In this document: one piece after another, positions 25,385 to 33,599 of the stretch
Layout of the letters: each line of letters opens with the position of its first letter
Numbering within the stretch: position 1 is the first letter of the stretch
DNA from: Nitrospinota bacterium
GTDB taxonomy: Bacteria > UBA8248
Direction: 5' to 3'
Length of the DNA: 33,599 bases
Assembly: GCA_011523725.1 (NCBI GenBank)
Contig: WTGD01000348.1
Coordinates: forward strand, 1-33,599
Translations under genes and position numbers: made by a program
Notes under the pieces: generated by a model
Databases searched by the model: none
The model's input: only the letters and a program-made list of their open reading frames with translations
Told to the model about the DNA's origin: nothing

Positions 25385-26569
25385 ATGAACCAAATCTTTT
25401 CGCGTCTTCTGAAACGTGCGTCCTTATGGGTTGCGCTCGTCGTAGCGATTGCTTTGTCAGGCGGCCCGCTCGCCGGTGACGCGCCTGCAGCCAAGAAAAA
25501 ACCGCTTCGCTTCGGGGTCGCCGACCCCCTGACGGGACCTGCCGCGATTTTCGGCAAGGACCAGATGCAGGCGGTCCGCTGGGCGGTCGAGGACATCAAC
25601 GCCAAGGGCGGCGTCAACGGCCATCCACTCGAAGCCATCATTCTGGATCACCAGGCGAAACCCGAGGTCGGCATCGCGGTGGTCAACCGGTTCGTTCACG
25701 TGGAGAAGGTGCCTGTATACATCACCGCGTTCAGCAACGTTGTCAAAGCCGTCGCGCCCATCGCCAACCGCGAGAAAGTACTGATGCTCAGCGTGGGAGC
25801 GAACGCACCTGCCATCGCGCGGCTGGGCGATTACGTCTATACGACCTTCCCGCTGGCGGACGTGGACATGAACGCGCTCGGCAAGTACGCCTATCAGAAG
25901 ATGGGCAAACGCCGCGCCGCCGTCTTGCACGTGAACCACGAGACGGGCCGGGACGGGGCCAAGGTCTTCAGCGAGAGCTTCAAGAGGGCCGGCGGCAAAA
26001 TCGTCGTTTACGAGTCCTACGAGCAGGAGCGCTCGGATTTCACCGGCCTCGTACTCAAGGTGAAAGCAGCGAACCCCGACATCATCCACATCCACAGCGT
26101 GATCCGCGATTTCACGGCAGTAGTTGCGCAGATGCGCCAGCTCGGCGTGAAGACCCAGATCACCAGCTACCAGACGGCCTTCAACCCGAAGATGATTCAG
26201 CAGTTGGGTAAGGGTGCGGAAGGCATCATCGTGACCGCGCTGGCTCCCAGTGTGGAAGACAACAAGAACCTGCCCGCCTATATCGAGCGGTGGAAAAAGG
26301 CGTACAAGCGCATGCCCATCGGGCTGCCTTATACCCAATATTTCTACGATGCGCCCTACATCGTGGCGGCGCTCTACAAGTGGGTGCTGGACAGGAAGCT
26401 GCCGATAACCGGCGAGAACATGCGCAAGGCGCTGGTGGCGATTAAGACGTTCGAGCAGCCCTTGACCAATACGGTGACCATCAACGACGACCACACGGTC
26501 AAGAAGCCGGTCTACTTCTGGCAGGTGAAGGGTGGTAAATTCACGCTGATCGGCTCCCAGAAGGATTAG
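25385..26569 (+). CDS. ABC transporter substrate-binding protein, LivK/branched-chain-amino-acid (Peripla_BP_6) type
   Basis: 394 aa with a signal peptide (LWVALVVAIALSGGPLAG). ...LRFGVADPLTGPAAIFGKDQMQAVRWAVEDINAKGGVNGHPLEAIILDHQAKPE... is the typical N-terminal lobe of this family. Confidence 0.9.
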   Translation: MNQIFSRLLKRASLWVALVVAIALSGGPLAGDAPAAKKKPLRFGVADPLTGPAAIFGKDQMQAVRWAVEDINAKGGVNGHPLEAIILDHQAKPEVGIAVVNRFVHVEKVPVYITAFSNVVKAVAPIANREKVLMLSVGANAPAIARLGDYVYTTFPLADVDMNALGKYAYQKMGKRRAAVLHVNHETGRDGAKVFSESFKRAGGKIVVYESYEQERSDFTGLVLKVKAANPDIIHIHSVIRDFTAVVAQMRQLGVKTQITSYQTAFNPKMIQQLGKGAEGIIVTALAPSVEDNKNLPAYIERWKKAYKRMPIGLPYTQYFYDAPYIVAALYKWVLDRKLPITGENMRKALVAIKTFEQPLTNTVTINDDHTVKKPVYFWQVKGGKFTLIGSQKD

Positions 26570-26587
26570 TTCCGTATGTTTTCTCTG

Positions 26588-26615
26588 GGTGGGCGCGCCG
26601 GCGGGCGCGCCCACC
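26588..26615 (+). promoter_or_regulatory. intercistronic GC-rich stem-loop (12-bp perfect stem, 4-nt loop) between the binding-protein and permease genes
   Basis: GGTGGGCGCGCC (26588-26599) pairs with GGCGCGCCCACC (26604-26615); the loop is GGCG. It is followed by GGTATTCTATCGTGTTTG, which is not a clean U-tract. It lies 19 nt after the SBP stop and 28 nt before the permease ATG. Confidence 0.6.
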
Positions 26616-26643
26616 GGTATTCTATCGTGTTTGACGTCAAGCC

Positions 26644-27591
26644 ATGCTGACCTGGGGGATAGCGGGCCAACTCCTGTGGACGGGTTTCGCCACCGCGACT
26701 TATTACTGTCTGTTTGCGGTCGCGTTCTCACTCGTTCTCAAGGTCAACAAGATATGGAATTTTGCCCAGGCCGGGATGATGGTTTTTTCCTATTACGCCC
26801 TTCTCGTTGCGTTCCGGCACTGGGGGTTGCCGCTGGTTCCCGCGCTCGCCTTCGGGCTGTTGGTGACGCTCGCCGTTTCGCTCGCACTCGAGCGCTACGC
26901 CTTCATGGTTTTCCGTGACCGCAATTCCTCGATCCTCACCCTGTTCATCTTCACTATCGTGTTTTCAGAATTCTCGGGTTATCTCATCGAGCTCTTCTTC
27001 GGGACCGAACCACAGACACTCTACCCGAGCCTGTTATGGCCAGTTGATCTTTACGGCGGCATCGCAGTGAGCCACTGGGACCTGATGGCGATCACGGTTA
27101 CAGCGGTACTGATGCTGACTCTTTACCTGTTCATCCACCGCACGCGCTACGGTCAATATCTCATCGCTGTCGCCGACAACGAGAACCTCGCGGAAATTTA
27201 CGGGATCAGCCGAAAGCGCGCCTACGCTGTTTCGATCTCGATCGCCGCCGTACTCATCACTGCCGGCATGTATATTTTTGGAACCAAGGCGGCGCTCTTT
27301 CCAACCACGCCGCTGCAGCATTTGTTGATCTTCGCCGTCATCGCGACGATTCTGGCCGGCATCGGCAACGTCTTTCGCGCTGGAATCGCAGCTATCGCAC
27401 TGGGCCTCATACAAGCGTTCAGCATTCTCGTCATCGCTTCTAAATGGCAGGCGCTGCTCGCGTATATTCTGATATTCATCGTCATCATTTTCTTCCCGCG
27501 CGGATTTGCTCTGCCGCGCCGTTTGAGCGGGCTTGTAAGGCCCTCAGGCCGTTCAGCCACCATGGAAGTGGCTGACGCCACGCGCGATTGA
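26644..27591 (+). CDS. branched-chain-amino-acid-type ABC transporter permease (LivH-like)
   Basis: 315 aa, highly hydrophobic. The LivH-type N-terminus is (GQLLWTGFATATYYCLFAVAFSLV). The conserved region is ...YGQYLIAVADNENLAEIYGIS... Confidence 0.85.
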   Translation: MLTWGIAGQLLWTGFATATYYCLFAVAFSLVLKVNKIWNFAQAGMMVFSYYALLVAFRHWGLPLVPALAFGLLVTLAVSLALERYAFMVFRDRNSSILTLFIFTIVFSEFSGYLIELFFGTEPQTLYPSLLWPVDLYGGIAVSHWDLMAITVTAVLMLTLYLFIHRTRYGQYLIAVADNENLAEIYGISRKRAYAVSISIAAVLITAGMYIFGTKAALFPTTPLQHLLIFAVIATILAGIGNVFRAGIAAIALGLIQAFSILVIASKWQALLAYILIFIVIIFFPRGFALPRRLSGLVRPSGRSATMEVADATRD

Positions 27592-27598
27592 GCTGAGA

Positions 27599-28513
27599 AT
27601 GGAATATATCCTTACAGTAATGGTGCTTATCGGGATCAACGTGATCCTCGCCACTAGCTTCAACCTCATCCTGGGGTATGGCGGGCTGATGAGTGTCGCC
27701 CACCCCATTTTCTACGCCATCGGGGCCTATTGCTCCGGTCTTCTGGCGATTCACCTGCAAATTCCGGTTCCGCTGTCGATCCTGATAGGAGCAGCGATCG
27801 CGATGGTGCTTTCGTTCGGCGTGTCGCTGCCATCGCTTCGTGTGTCGGGCGATTATCTGGTCATCGCCAGCATCGGGTTTCAACTCGGCATCCTGCACGT
27901 CATCAACAACCTGGATTTCACCGGCGCGGCTGGCGGGTTGACGAACATTCCGGTGCTCAACGAAGGCCCGTCGCGCAGTCTCGTCTTCGTCCTGCTGATT
28001 GCGGTCGTCGCCGCCTGCGCGGTTTTTCTGGTGGGCTGGATCGTCGAAGGTGACTACGGGCGGGCCATCACCGCCATGCGAAACGACGAGGAGGCCTTCA
28101 GCGCCCTGGGCCGCAACGCGATGAACATCAAAATCGTCCTGTTCGCCATCGGCTCGGGCATGGCGGGCCTTGCGGGCGCTCTCTATGCGCATTATTTCGC
28201 TTACGTCACCCCCGAGCAGTTCGGGATATTCACCTCGGCCGCCCTGTTGACGATGGTGGTCGTGGGCGGCGCCGCCACGACGTGGGGTCCCCTGGTGGGC
28301 GCGGTGCTCCTGACGACTCTCCCGCAGGCCATCACGTTTCTTGGTTTGCCTGTCTCCATCATGGCGCCGCTTCAGGGCGTCATCTACACGACGCTGGTAA
28401 TATTTTTCCTTTTCGCCCGGCCACAGGGCCTGACGGGAGGCAGCCGCGGCGGTGGGGGGCTCGAGGCATGGAGCGCGAGCGCGGCCTTCCGGGCGAGGAG
28501 GGATGCCGAATGA
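27599..28513 (+). CDS. branched-chain-amino-acid-type ABC transporter permease (LivM-like)
   Basis: 304 aa. ...NVILATSFNLILGYGGLMSVAHPIFYAIGAY... and ...YGRAITAMRNDEEAFSALG... are typical of LivM-type permeases. Confidence 0.85.
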   Translation: MEYILTVMVLIGINVILATSFNLILGYGGLMSVAHPIFYAIGAYCSGLLAIHLQIPVPLSILIGAAIAMVLSFGVSLPSLRVSGDYLVIASIGFQLGILHVINNLDFTGAAGGLTNIPVLNEGPSRSLVFVLLIAVVAACAVFLVGWIVEGDYGRAITAMRNDEEAFSALGRNAMNIKIVLFAIGSGMAGLAGALYAHYFAYVTPEQFGIFTSAALLTMVVVGGAATTWGPLVGAVLLTTLPQAITFLGLPVSIMAPLQGVIYTTLVIFFLFARPQGLTGGSRGGGGLEAWSASAAFRARRDAE

Positions 28514-29280
28514 GCGCAGTCGTCAGGATCGAGGCTCTGCACAAGAGCTTTGGAGGAATCGTAGTGGCGGACGAAGTGAACCTGAGCTTCGAGGCGGGTG
28601 AGATCGTCGGCCTCATCGGACCCAACGGCGCCGGCAAGACGTCATTGTTCAATCTGATCTCGGGCGTGATTCCCCCGGATACCGGCTCGATTATCCTCCA
28701 GGGCCGTCGGGTGGAACAGCTGCCCATGCACCACCGCGCGCGGATTGGCCTTGCCCGTACATGGCAGAACACACGCATGTTTCACTCGATGACCGTGATC
28801 GACAACTTGTTGATAGCGACGCGTCGCTACCCTGGAGAATCCCTGGCGCGCATTCTGTTTCGACGCCGTGCGGTCGACGCATTCCGCCAGGAAGCGACGG
28901 AGAAGGCCATGGTATTGCTTGAACGCGTGGGGCTTGCCGACAAGATGCACGAGATGGCAATCGAACTCTCCTACGGGCAGCAGAAGCGAATCGGCCTCGC
29001 CCGCGCGCTGATGAGCGACGCGGCGTGTCTGTTGCTGGATGAACCCATGGCGGGCGTCGAGGGACAGGCGTATGAGACGATCATCCGCGTTATACGTGAG
29101 GAGGCCCAGGCCGGACGTGCTGTATGCGTGGTTGAGCACAACATCTCGTTCATCCGCGACATCAGCGATCGCACGGTTTTCATGTTCAACGGATGTGTTC
29201 TGGCCAGCGGCTCCGTCGACGAACTGACGCGCGACTCGCAACTCACGGATCTGTATTTCGGCGGCGAACACCCGCAATAA
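28510..29280 (+). CDS. ABC transporter ATP-binding protein (LivG-like)
   Basis: The track ORF starts at 28282. I use ATG 28510, which overlaps the permease stop (ATGA), giving 256 aa. It has Walker A GPNGAGKTS, signature LSYGQQKR and Walker B LLLDEPMAG. Confidence 0.9.
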   Translation: MSAVVRIEALHKSFGGIVVADEVNLSFEAGEIVGLIGPNGAGKTSLFNLISGVIPPDTGSIILQGRRVEQLPMHHRARIGLARTWQNTRMFHSMTVIDNLLIATRRYPGESLARILFRRRAVDAFRQEATEKAMVLLERVGLADKMHEMAIELSYGQQKRIGLARALMSDAACLLLDEPMAGVEGQAYETIIRVIREEAQAGRAVCVVEHNISFIRDISDRTVFMFNGCVLASGSVDELTRDSQLTDLYFGGEHPQ

Positions 29281-29292
29281 TCGAGAGAGAAA

Positions 29293-29976
29293 ATGTTCGA
29301 AATCCAGAACCTGACAGCCCGTTACGGCCCCTTGGTCGCCGTGAATGACGTGTCGCTCTCATTCGGGACCGGTGTGCGAATGGGGATTTTTGGCCATAAC
29401 GGGTCGGGTAAATCGACGCTTCTCAAGTGCCTGGTCGGCGGCATCAAGGATGTTTCCGGCGGTGTGTCTTTTGATGGTTCACCGATTATTTCCGATCAGG
29501 TTCATCGAAACGTCATGCTGGGAATCGGCTTCGTGCCGCAAGTTCAAAACGTCTTTCCGAATCTTACGGTCGAGCAGAACCTCCACATTGCGGGTTCTAA
29601 GTCGGACTCCTCGTTTCTGGATGAGGCTTATGCCCTTTTCCCGCTGCTGCAGGAACGCCAGAGCCAACTCGCAGGCGCCATGAGCGGCGGGGAGCAGCAG
29701 ATGCTCGCCGTCGCGCTGGCCCTGATGACGAGGCCCCAAATTCTCCTGCTCGACGAGCCGACCGCCGGTCTCGCGCCTGCAATCGTAAAGAACGTACTGG
29801 GCTCGCTCTCGCGCATCAACTCGGAACTCGGCACCGGGCTGATTCTCGTCGAGCAGAACGTACTGGCCGCCCTGGACGTCGTGGAGCGCGCCATAGTGCT
29901 CAAGAGTGGGCGCATCGTGTTTGACGGCCCGAGTGAAGAACTGCGCGCAAAAGAAGATTTATGGGCCTGGTTCTAA
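29293..29976 (+). CDS. ABC transporter ATP-binding protein (LivF-like)
   Basis: 227 aa. It has Walker A GHNGSGKST, signature MSGGEQQM and Walker B LLLDEPTAGLAP. Confidence 0.9.
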   Translation: MFEIQNLTARYGPLVAVNDVSLSFGTGVRMGIFGHNGSGKSTLLKCLVGGIKDVSGGVSFDGSPIISDQVHRNVMLGIGFVPQVQNVFPNLTVEQNLHIAGSKSDSSFLDEAYALFPLLQERQSQLAGAMSGGEQQMLAVALALMTRPQILLLDEPTAGLAPAIVKNVLGSLSRINSELGTGLILVEQNVLAALDVVERAIVLKSGRIVFDGPSEELRAKEDLWAWF

Positions 29977-29994
29977 GCCCGCGAAACTTCGTAA

Positions 29995-31361
29995 CTACTT
30001 CATTCCGATGGCGTCGATCTGGACCAGCGATTCCGCGACCGGGCCGGGGCCATGCACGATTACGCACTCGAACGCGGGCAGGTCCTCTCCGATGAAGGTC
30101 TCGCGAACCGACTCGTAGATCGCGAGGTCGGCCGGGTCGGAAAGATACACCCTGGTCATCGCGATATCCGCGAGGTCCATTCCCGCGTCTGCAACACTGA
30201 CGCGCAGTTGCTCCCATGCCATCCAGCATTGCGCGGCGAGCCCCGGCTTTCGCTCCATCTCCTCGAGCGCAAGCGCAACATTCCTCCCCGACTCTGGCAA
30301 GGCGTCTGCACTCCGGACAAGCGCTCCCGCCTCGTCGACCCCCACCATACCCGAAAAGAAACAAACCGGCCCCGCCTGCGTGATGGCAGGCGCAGCAAAG
30401 GTCGCCGCTCCTTGCCATGGGAATGATTGACGGACGAGTCCGCTTTTCCGATCCATGGCGGTGATTTCGATCTCGATACGCGTGCCGCGGTGGCCTACCT
30501 CGTCGAATCCCACGACGCAAAGCGATGGCTGGACTTCGGCGAAGAAATGGGTGTGCACCCGGTGAAACGTGGAAAAATCGCGCAGGTCGCCTAGGAAAAT
30601 CGACACGTTTACGACGTCTTCCATGTCCATGCCATGACCCGCCAGCGTGCGGCGCAGTTCGTTGTAGACGTACCAGGTCTGGGACGCGATGGGGCCGTGG
30701 CGACTGTCGGGGTGGCTGCGTCCCGTCGATAGGAAACGACCCTCTTCGGGCACGTCGTCATAAGAGTTGACCAGCGGCTTTCCGGGTTCCGCGGTCTTGA
30801 TGGGAATGTGGCCCGCGAAGAAGGCGAACGGTCCCGAGCGAATCGCTTGGCAGTAGTGTGAGGCCGCAGGCAGGTCCGAGTTGTATACGTCGGTCAGAAC
30901 CTGTCGTTCACCGAACACGCCGCCGGCTTGCGTGCAGGCGGCGATGGCGTCGACCAGTGGCTGCCGCGACCAATTACGTCCGTAACGCCCAGTCCGCTGC
31001 TGGGAGCGGGCGTCGGCTGCCATTGCACCCGTACTTGTTCATAGCTGGGAAAGTAGCGCTTGTCGCGCTGCCAGATGTGCTGGCGCAGGACCTGGTCGCG
31101 GTGCGTGCCCGCTGCGACGAGAATTTTTTCGAGGCTATCGTGAACCGCCCAGGAGTCTGCAACGACGCGGCCTTCGGTGAGATCGGCGAGTGGATAGCCC
31201 TGCATCTGCTCGCGCCCCGCTTCGGGCAGGTCCGCGAATCCTGCCGGACCGTTGGGCCTTAAACCCGAGACGAATAACAGTTCACCGGCCTTGACCGCCA
31301 CCGGATAGGACGGGAAAGCGGGGGTCACATCCTCACAAACGATAGGGGTTTTCTTCATCAC
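29995..31361 (-). pseudogene. three-domain RidA/YjgF/UK114-family protein, read in two overlapping frames (apparent frameshift near 30955-30985; genuine or assembly error)
   Basis: ORF 30894..31361 encodes RidA-like domain 1 up to ...PAPSSGLGVTDVIGRGS. The expected domain end (...LVDAIAAC) is found in the other frame, inside the N-terminus of ORF 29995..31023. That second ORF then encodes two more RidA-like domains, ending ...GTRIEIEITAM and ...ESLVQIDAIGMK. Confidence 0.6.
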
Positions 31362-31442
31362 TCAATGAACCTCCGTGGGCTGATAAATCATGTTGGTATC
31401 GTATGGATGGGGGGTTTCTCTTCTTGGGAGATCACAGGCAGC

Positions 31443-32204
31443 CTACATCGCCAATGTGCCGCCATCGCACGAAATGAAGGCGCCGTTCATGAAATCGTTC
31501 TCGTCCGAAACCATGAAGAGCGAGACTTCGGCCATCTCCTCGGGAGTCGCAAAGCGGTTCACGGGTATCCGGGGCAGTTTCGCCCTGGCGCGCTCCGGGT
31601 CGTTGATGTGAATTTCCTTCACGCGCTCGCTCTCGGTGGTGCCCGGCATGAGGCAGTTGACGCGCAGCCCGAGGGGGCCGAGTTCCACGGCGAGGGCGCG
31701 CGTCAAGTTGTGCATGGAGGTCTTCGTGGCGCAGTAGAGGGCGTTGCCGGGAACCCCGCGCTCGCCGTCGATAGAGCCGATCATCAGAATTTTACCCTTG
31801 CCCTGGGGAGCCATGAGCTTGGCCGCCTCGCGTGTGGCAATGAATACGGATTTCGCGTTCACCTCGTACAACTCGTCGACCTGCTCGTCCGTGAACTCCA
31901 AAAAACTCCTGTGCGCCCGCATGGCGGCGCAGTTCACCATGATGTCGAGACCGCCCAGAAATTGCGCTCCGTCATTCATGACGTCGTTCGCTTTTCGCGC
32001 GTCCCTTAGGTCGTAGCATCGCCCGTCGATTTTAGCACCTTGTGCGCTGCTATCGGCGATGATGTCGCCCAAGCGCTCCTGATTAAAGCCGCCCGCCGCC
32101 CAGATGGATGCGCCCTCCGCGCTGAACCTTCGCGTGATGGCCGCACCGATTCCCGATGAAGCGCCCGTGACGATGACTCTTTTCCCTTCCAGCTTGCCCG
32201 GCAT
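31443..32204 (-). CDS. SDR family NAD(P)-dependent oxidoreductase
   Basis: The track ORF starts at 32276. I use ATG 32204 (GGAGAA upstream), giving 253 aa. It has TGASSGIG, the catalytic GSIDG...YCATK, and the PG motif (LMPGTTES). Confidence 0.9.
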   Translation of the reverse strand: MPGKLEGKRVIVTGASSGIGAAITRRFSAEGASIWAAGGFNQERLGDIIADSSAQGAKIDGRCYDLRDARKANDVMNDGAQFLGGLDIMVNCAAMRAHRSFLEFTDEQVDELYEVNAKSVFIATREAAKLMAPQGKGKILMIGSIDGERGVPGNALYCATKTSMHNLTRALAVELGPLGLRVNCLMPGTTESERVKEIHINDPERARAKLPRIPVNRFATPEEMAEVSLFMVSDENDFMNGAFISCDGGTLAM

Positions 32205-32226
32205 GTTTTCTCCTCGACGTGAAAAA

Positions 32227-33111
32227 CTATTCCTCATCCGGCAGCAGCGCGGATTCTCCCATCGAGAGCGGGTCACGCGCCGGCCAGCGTCCTGCGTCCA
32301 CCTCGGTGATGAACTCGAGAACGGTGCGGTTGAACATGGCGGGTTCTTCGAGGTTGATGAGGTGGCCGGCGTTGGGGAAGGTGACGAGGGCGGACGTCTG
32401 GAGGTTGCGTTTTATGAACAGCCCGGGCTCCAGGCAGGGAAAGTCTTCATCCCCCGTGAGAACGAGCGTGGGCACGGAGCAGCTCTTCATCTGCTCTCCG
32501 AGTTCATAGACCGAGGGTCTCGCGCTTTGCACCCCGCGCATGGTGTTGGCGCAGCCCAGGGGCGAGTGGCTCATGAAGTGGTCGATGAATTTCTGGTATC
32601 CGATGGCGTCTTTTCTCTTCAGTTGCATGCGCGTGGGGCCGGCGGTGTAGACGGGGCCGAATTTCTCCATGCTCTCGTTCAGGAACCGGTCGGCCACAAT
32701 TTCTGCGTCTTTTTGAAACTTCTCGCGCTGATCCATGTCGGAGCCGTAGCCGCACCCGGCCACAACGATGGAGCGGGTGAGCTCCGGGTGGCGCAGGCCT
32801 AAATGGAGGGTCGCATAGCCGCCCATCGAAAGTCCCACGACGTGGGCGGGGGCGAGGTCCAGATCTCCGATGAGGCCGGCCAGGTCGTTCACGGCGATGT
32901 CCTGGCTGTATTGTGATGCGTCTTCGGGTACTTCCGAGGGCGGGAATCCCCTGGCGTTATAGGTGATGACCCTGTATCTGCGGTTGAAGTAACGAACCTG
33001 GTCTTCCCAGCTTCGGCAGTCGCCCGCGAATTCATGAACGAAGACGATGGGCGCGCCCTCGCCGCTGGCTTCGTAATACAGGCTGACGCCGTTTGTTCTC
33101 ACTTCAGGCAT
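32227..33111 (-). CDS. alpha/beta fold hydrolase
   Basis: 294 aa. It has the oxyanion region PIVFVHEFAGDCRSW, the nucleophile elbow VVGLSMGGY, and a C-terminal ...FPNAGHLINLEEP... His motif. Confidence 0.85.
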   Translation of the reverse strand: MPEVRTNGVSLYYEASGEGAPIVFVHEFAGDCRSWEDQVRYFNRRYRVITYNARGFPPSEVPEDASQYSQDIAVNDLAGLIGDLDLAPAHVVGLSMGGYATLHLGLRHPELTRSIVVAGCGYGSDMDQREKFQKDAEIVADRFLNESMEKFGPVYTAGPTRMQLKRKDAIGYQKFIDHFMSHSPLGCANTMRGVQSARPSVYELGEQMKSCSVPTLVLTGDEDFPCLEPGLFIKRNLQTSALVTFPNAGHLINLEEPAMFNRTVLEFITEVDAGRWPARDPLSMGESALLPDEE

Positions 33112-33439
33112 GGTGTTCTCCTCGCAGGATGACGTGTGAGCATGAAATTCGTTTCTTACGGGAGAATCGGCAAAATGACAATGCGGGCGGGTGAACTCGC
33201 CGGCGTTTTAGCGACCGGCGCGCCCTCGTGGCCTGCGATGGTAAAGAGTTGAAAGAAGATTCGTCATCTCTTTTTTGGGGGACTTGATTTCTGCGTCCGC
33301 CTGGCCCATGATAAGCACGATTCATCACAGTGTTCGAGTTTGATGAAAAGTTGACTAGGCACCTCGTCTGATCGCCCGATCATATATGGAATCAAGCTCC
33401 AGGATACCCTGATAGATTACTGATAATGGGGGGGAGAAC

Positions 33440-33599
33440 TTGTCTACGGCGCCGGAGAAACCCAGCCTCGCGATTCACAGGAAAGCCGAAAGAAAACTTC
33501 AGTGGGAGACCATTTTCATCATCGGGATGATTCATCTTCTCGCCCTGATGGCTTTTGACCTGAGTTATTTCAGCGTTTCCGGCCTCGTGGTGGGAATCG
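33440..33599 (+). CDS. membrane fatty-acid (acyl-CoA/acyl-lipid delta-9 type) desaturase, 5' fragment running off the window
   Basis: The TTG start is preceded by GGGGGGGAG, and an in-frame stop at 33413 excludes longer N-termini. Translation STAPEKPSLAIHRKAERKLQWETIFIIGMIHLLALMAFDLSYFSVSGLVVGI resembles the N-terminal first-TM region of delta-9 desaturases. Only 53 codons are visible. Confidence 0.5.
   Translation, partial: MSTAPEKPSLAIHRKAERKLQWETIFIIGMIHLLALMAFDLSYFSVSGLVVGI

Noticed and set aside
25457-26731. 424-aa minus-strand ORF; also the 385-aa plus-strand ORF at 17606..18763
   Set aside because: These are antisense shadows of the Liv-type binding protein and the Ldh_2 gene respectively, and neither has family motifs. 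The 25457..26731 ORF also reads through the intercistronic hairpin.
25385-28513. Visibly lower GC (about 55% in sampled lines versus about 62-65% in copA) across the Liv-type permease genes, a possible sign of horizontal acquisition
   Set aside because: I sampled only a few lines by hand. Membrane-protein genes are enriched in T-rich hydrophobic codons, which lowers GC without implying foreign origin. There are no flanking repeats, tRNA or integrase.
33104-33328. 74-aa minus-strand ORF in the 328-nt spacer between the hydrolase and desaturase genes
   Set aside because: It overlaps the hydrolase start. Its composition is basic and low-complexity, with no SD and no motif. The spacer is more plausibly a divergent promoter region.
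33369-33382. Inverted repeat TGATCG-CC-CGATCA upstream of the desaturase fragment; also an imperfect GC-rich palindrome at 22035..22058 in the divergent Ldh_2/ADH spacer
   Set aside because: Both are short (6-bp arms, or a stem with a bulge), have no adjacent regulator gene, and are not convincingly positioned relative to -35/-10 hexamers. They are not distinguishable from chance without comparative data.
1-33599. Scan for CRISPR repeats, tandem repeats, tRNA/rRNA genes, IS elements, integrases, toxin-antitoxin pairs and recognisable anti-phage defence genes
   Set aside because: None was found by eye. All spacers are 330 nt or shorter and lack repeat-spacer periodicity or cloverleaf-like structure. 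No translated ORF shows transposase, recombinase, nuclease-helicase or other defence-type motifs. A formal run of tRNAscan-SE, Infernal/Rfam, CRISPR detection and DefenseFinder/PADLOC would be needed to be certain.

Overview
This is a high-GC (roughly 60% by eye, not computed) bacterial chromosomal segment with about 35 tightly packed protein-coding genes. I recognise no rRNA, tRNA, CRISPR array, transposase/integrase or phage gene. Left to right: (i) a minus-strand ATP-grasp ligase plus an edge-truncated unknown ORF. (ii) A peptide-type ABC importer without ATPase genes (permease, family-5 binding lipoprotein, permease), translationally coupled to a histone-deacetylase-family deacylase. (iii) A TetR regulator / HtrA-type protease / CopA P1B-ATPase / CopZ chaperone operon behind a near-consensus promoter. 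(iv) A minus-strand flavin reductase / SDR / alpha-beta hydrolase operon preceded by an unlisted 53-aa membrane ORF. (v) A DUF3090-like protein and an SCO1664-type PI3/PI4-kinase-like protein, followed by a repeat lipoprotein; this is my best candidate for a functionally undescribed system. (vi) A minus-strand operon with a split UxaA/SuyAB-like dehydratase, two Ldh_2-family dehydrogenases, a methyltransferase-fold protein and an IMPase-family phosphatase. (vii) An MDR alcohol dehydrogenase, an SDR lacking the catalytic Ser-Tyr-Lys triad, and an Old Yellow Enzyme. (viii) A five-gene Liv-type ABC importer. (ix) A three-domain RidA protein interrupted by a frameshift, another SDR and a second alpha/beta hydrolase. 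(x) The 5' end of a membrane desaturase. All family calls come from motif recognition in the translations; no database search was run.
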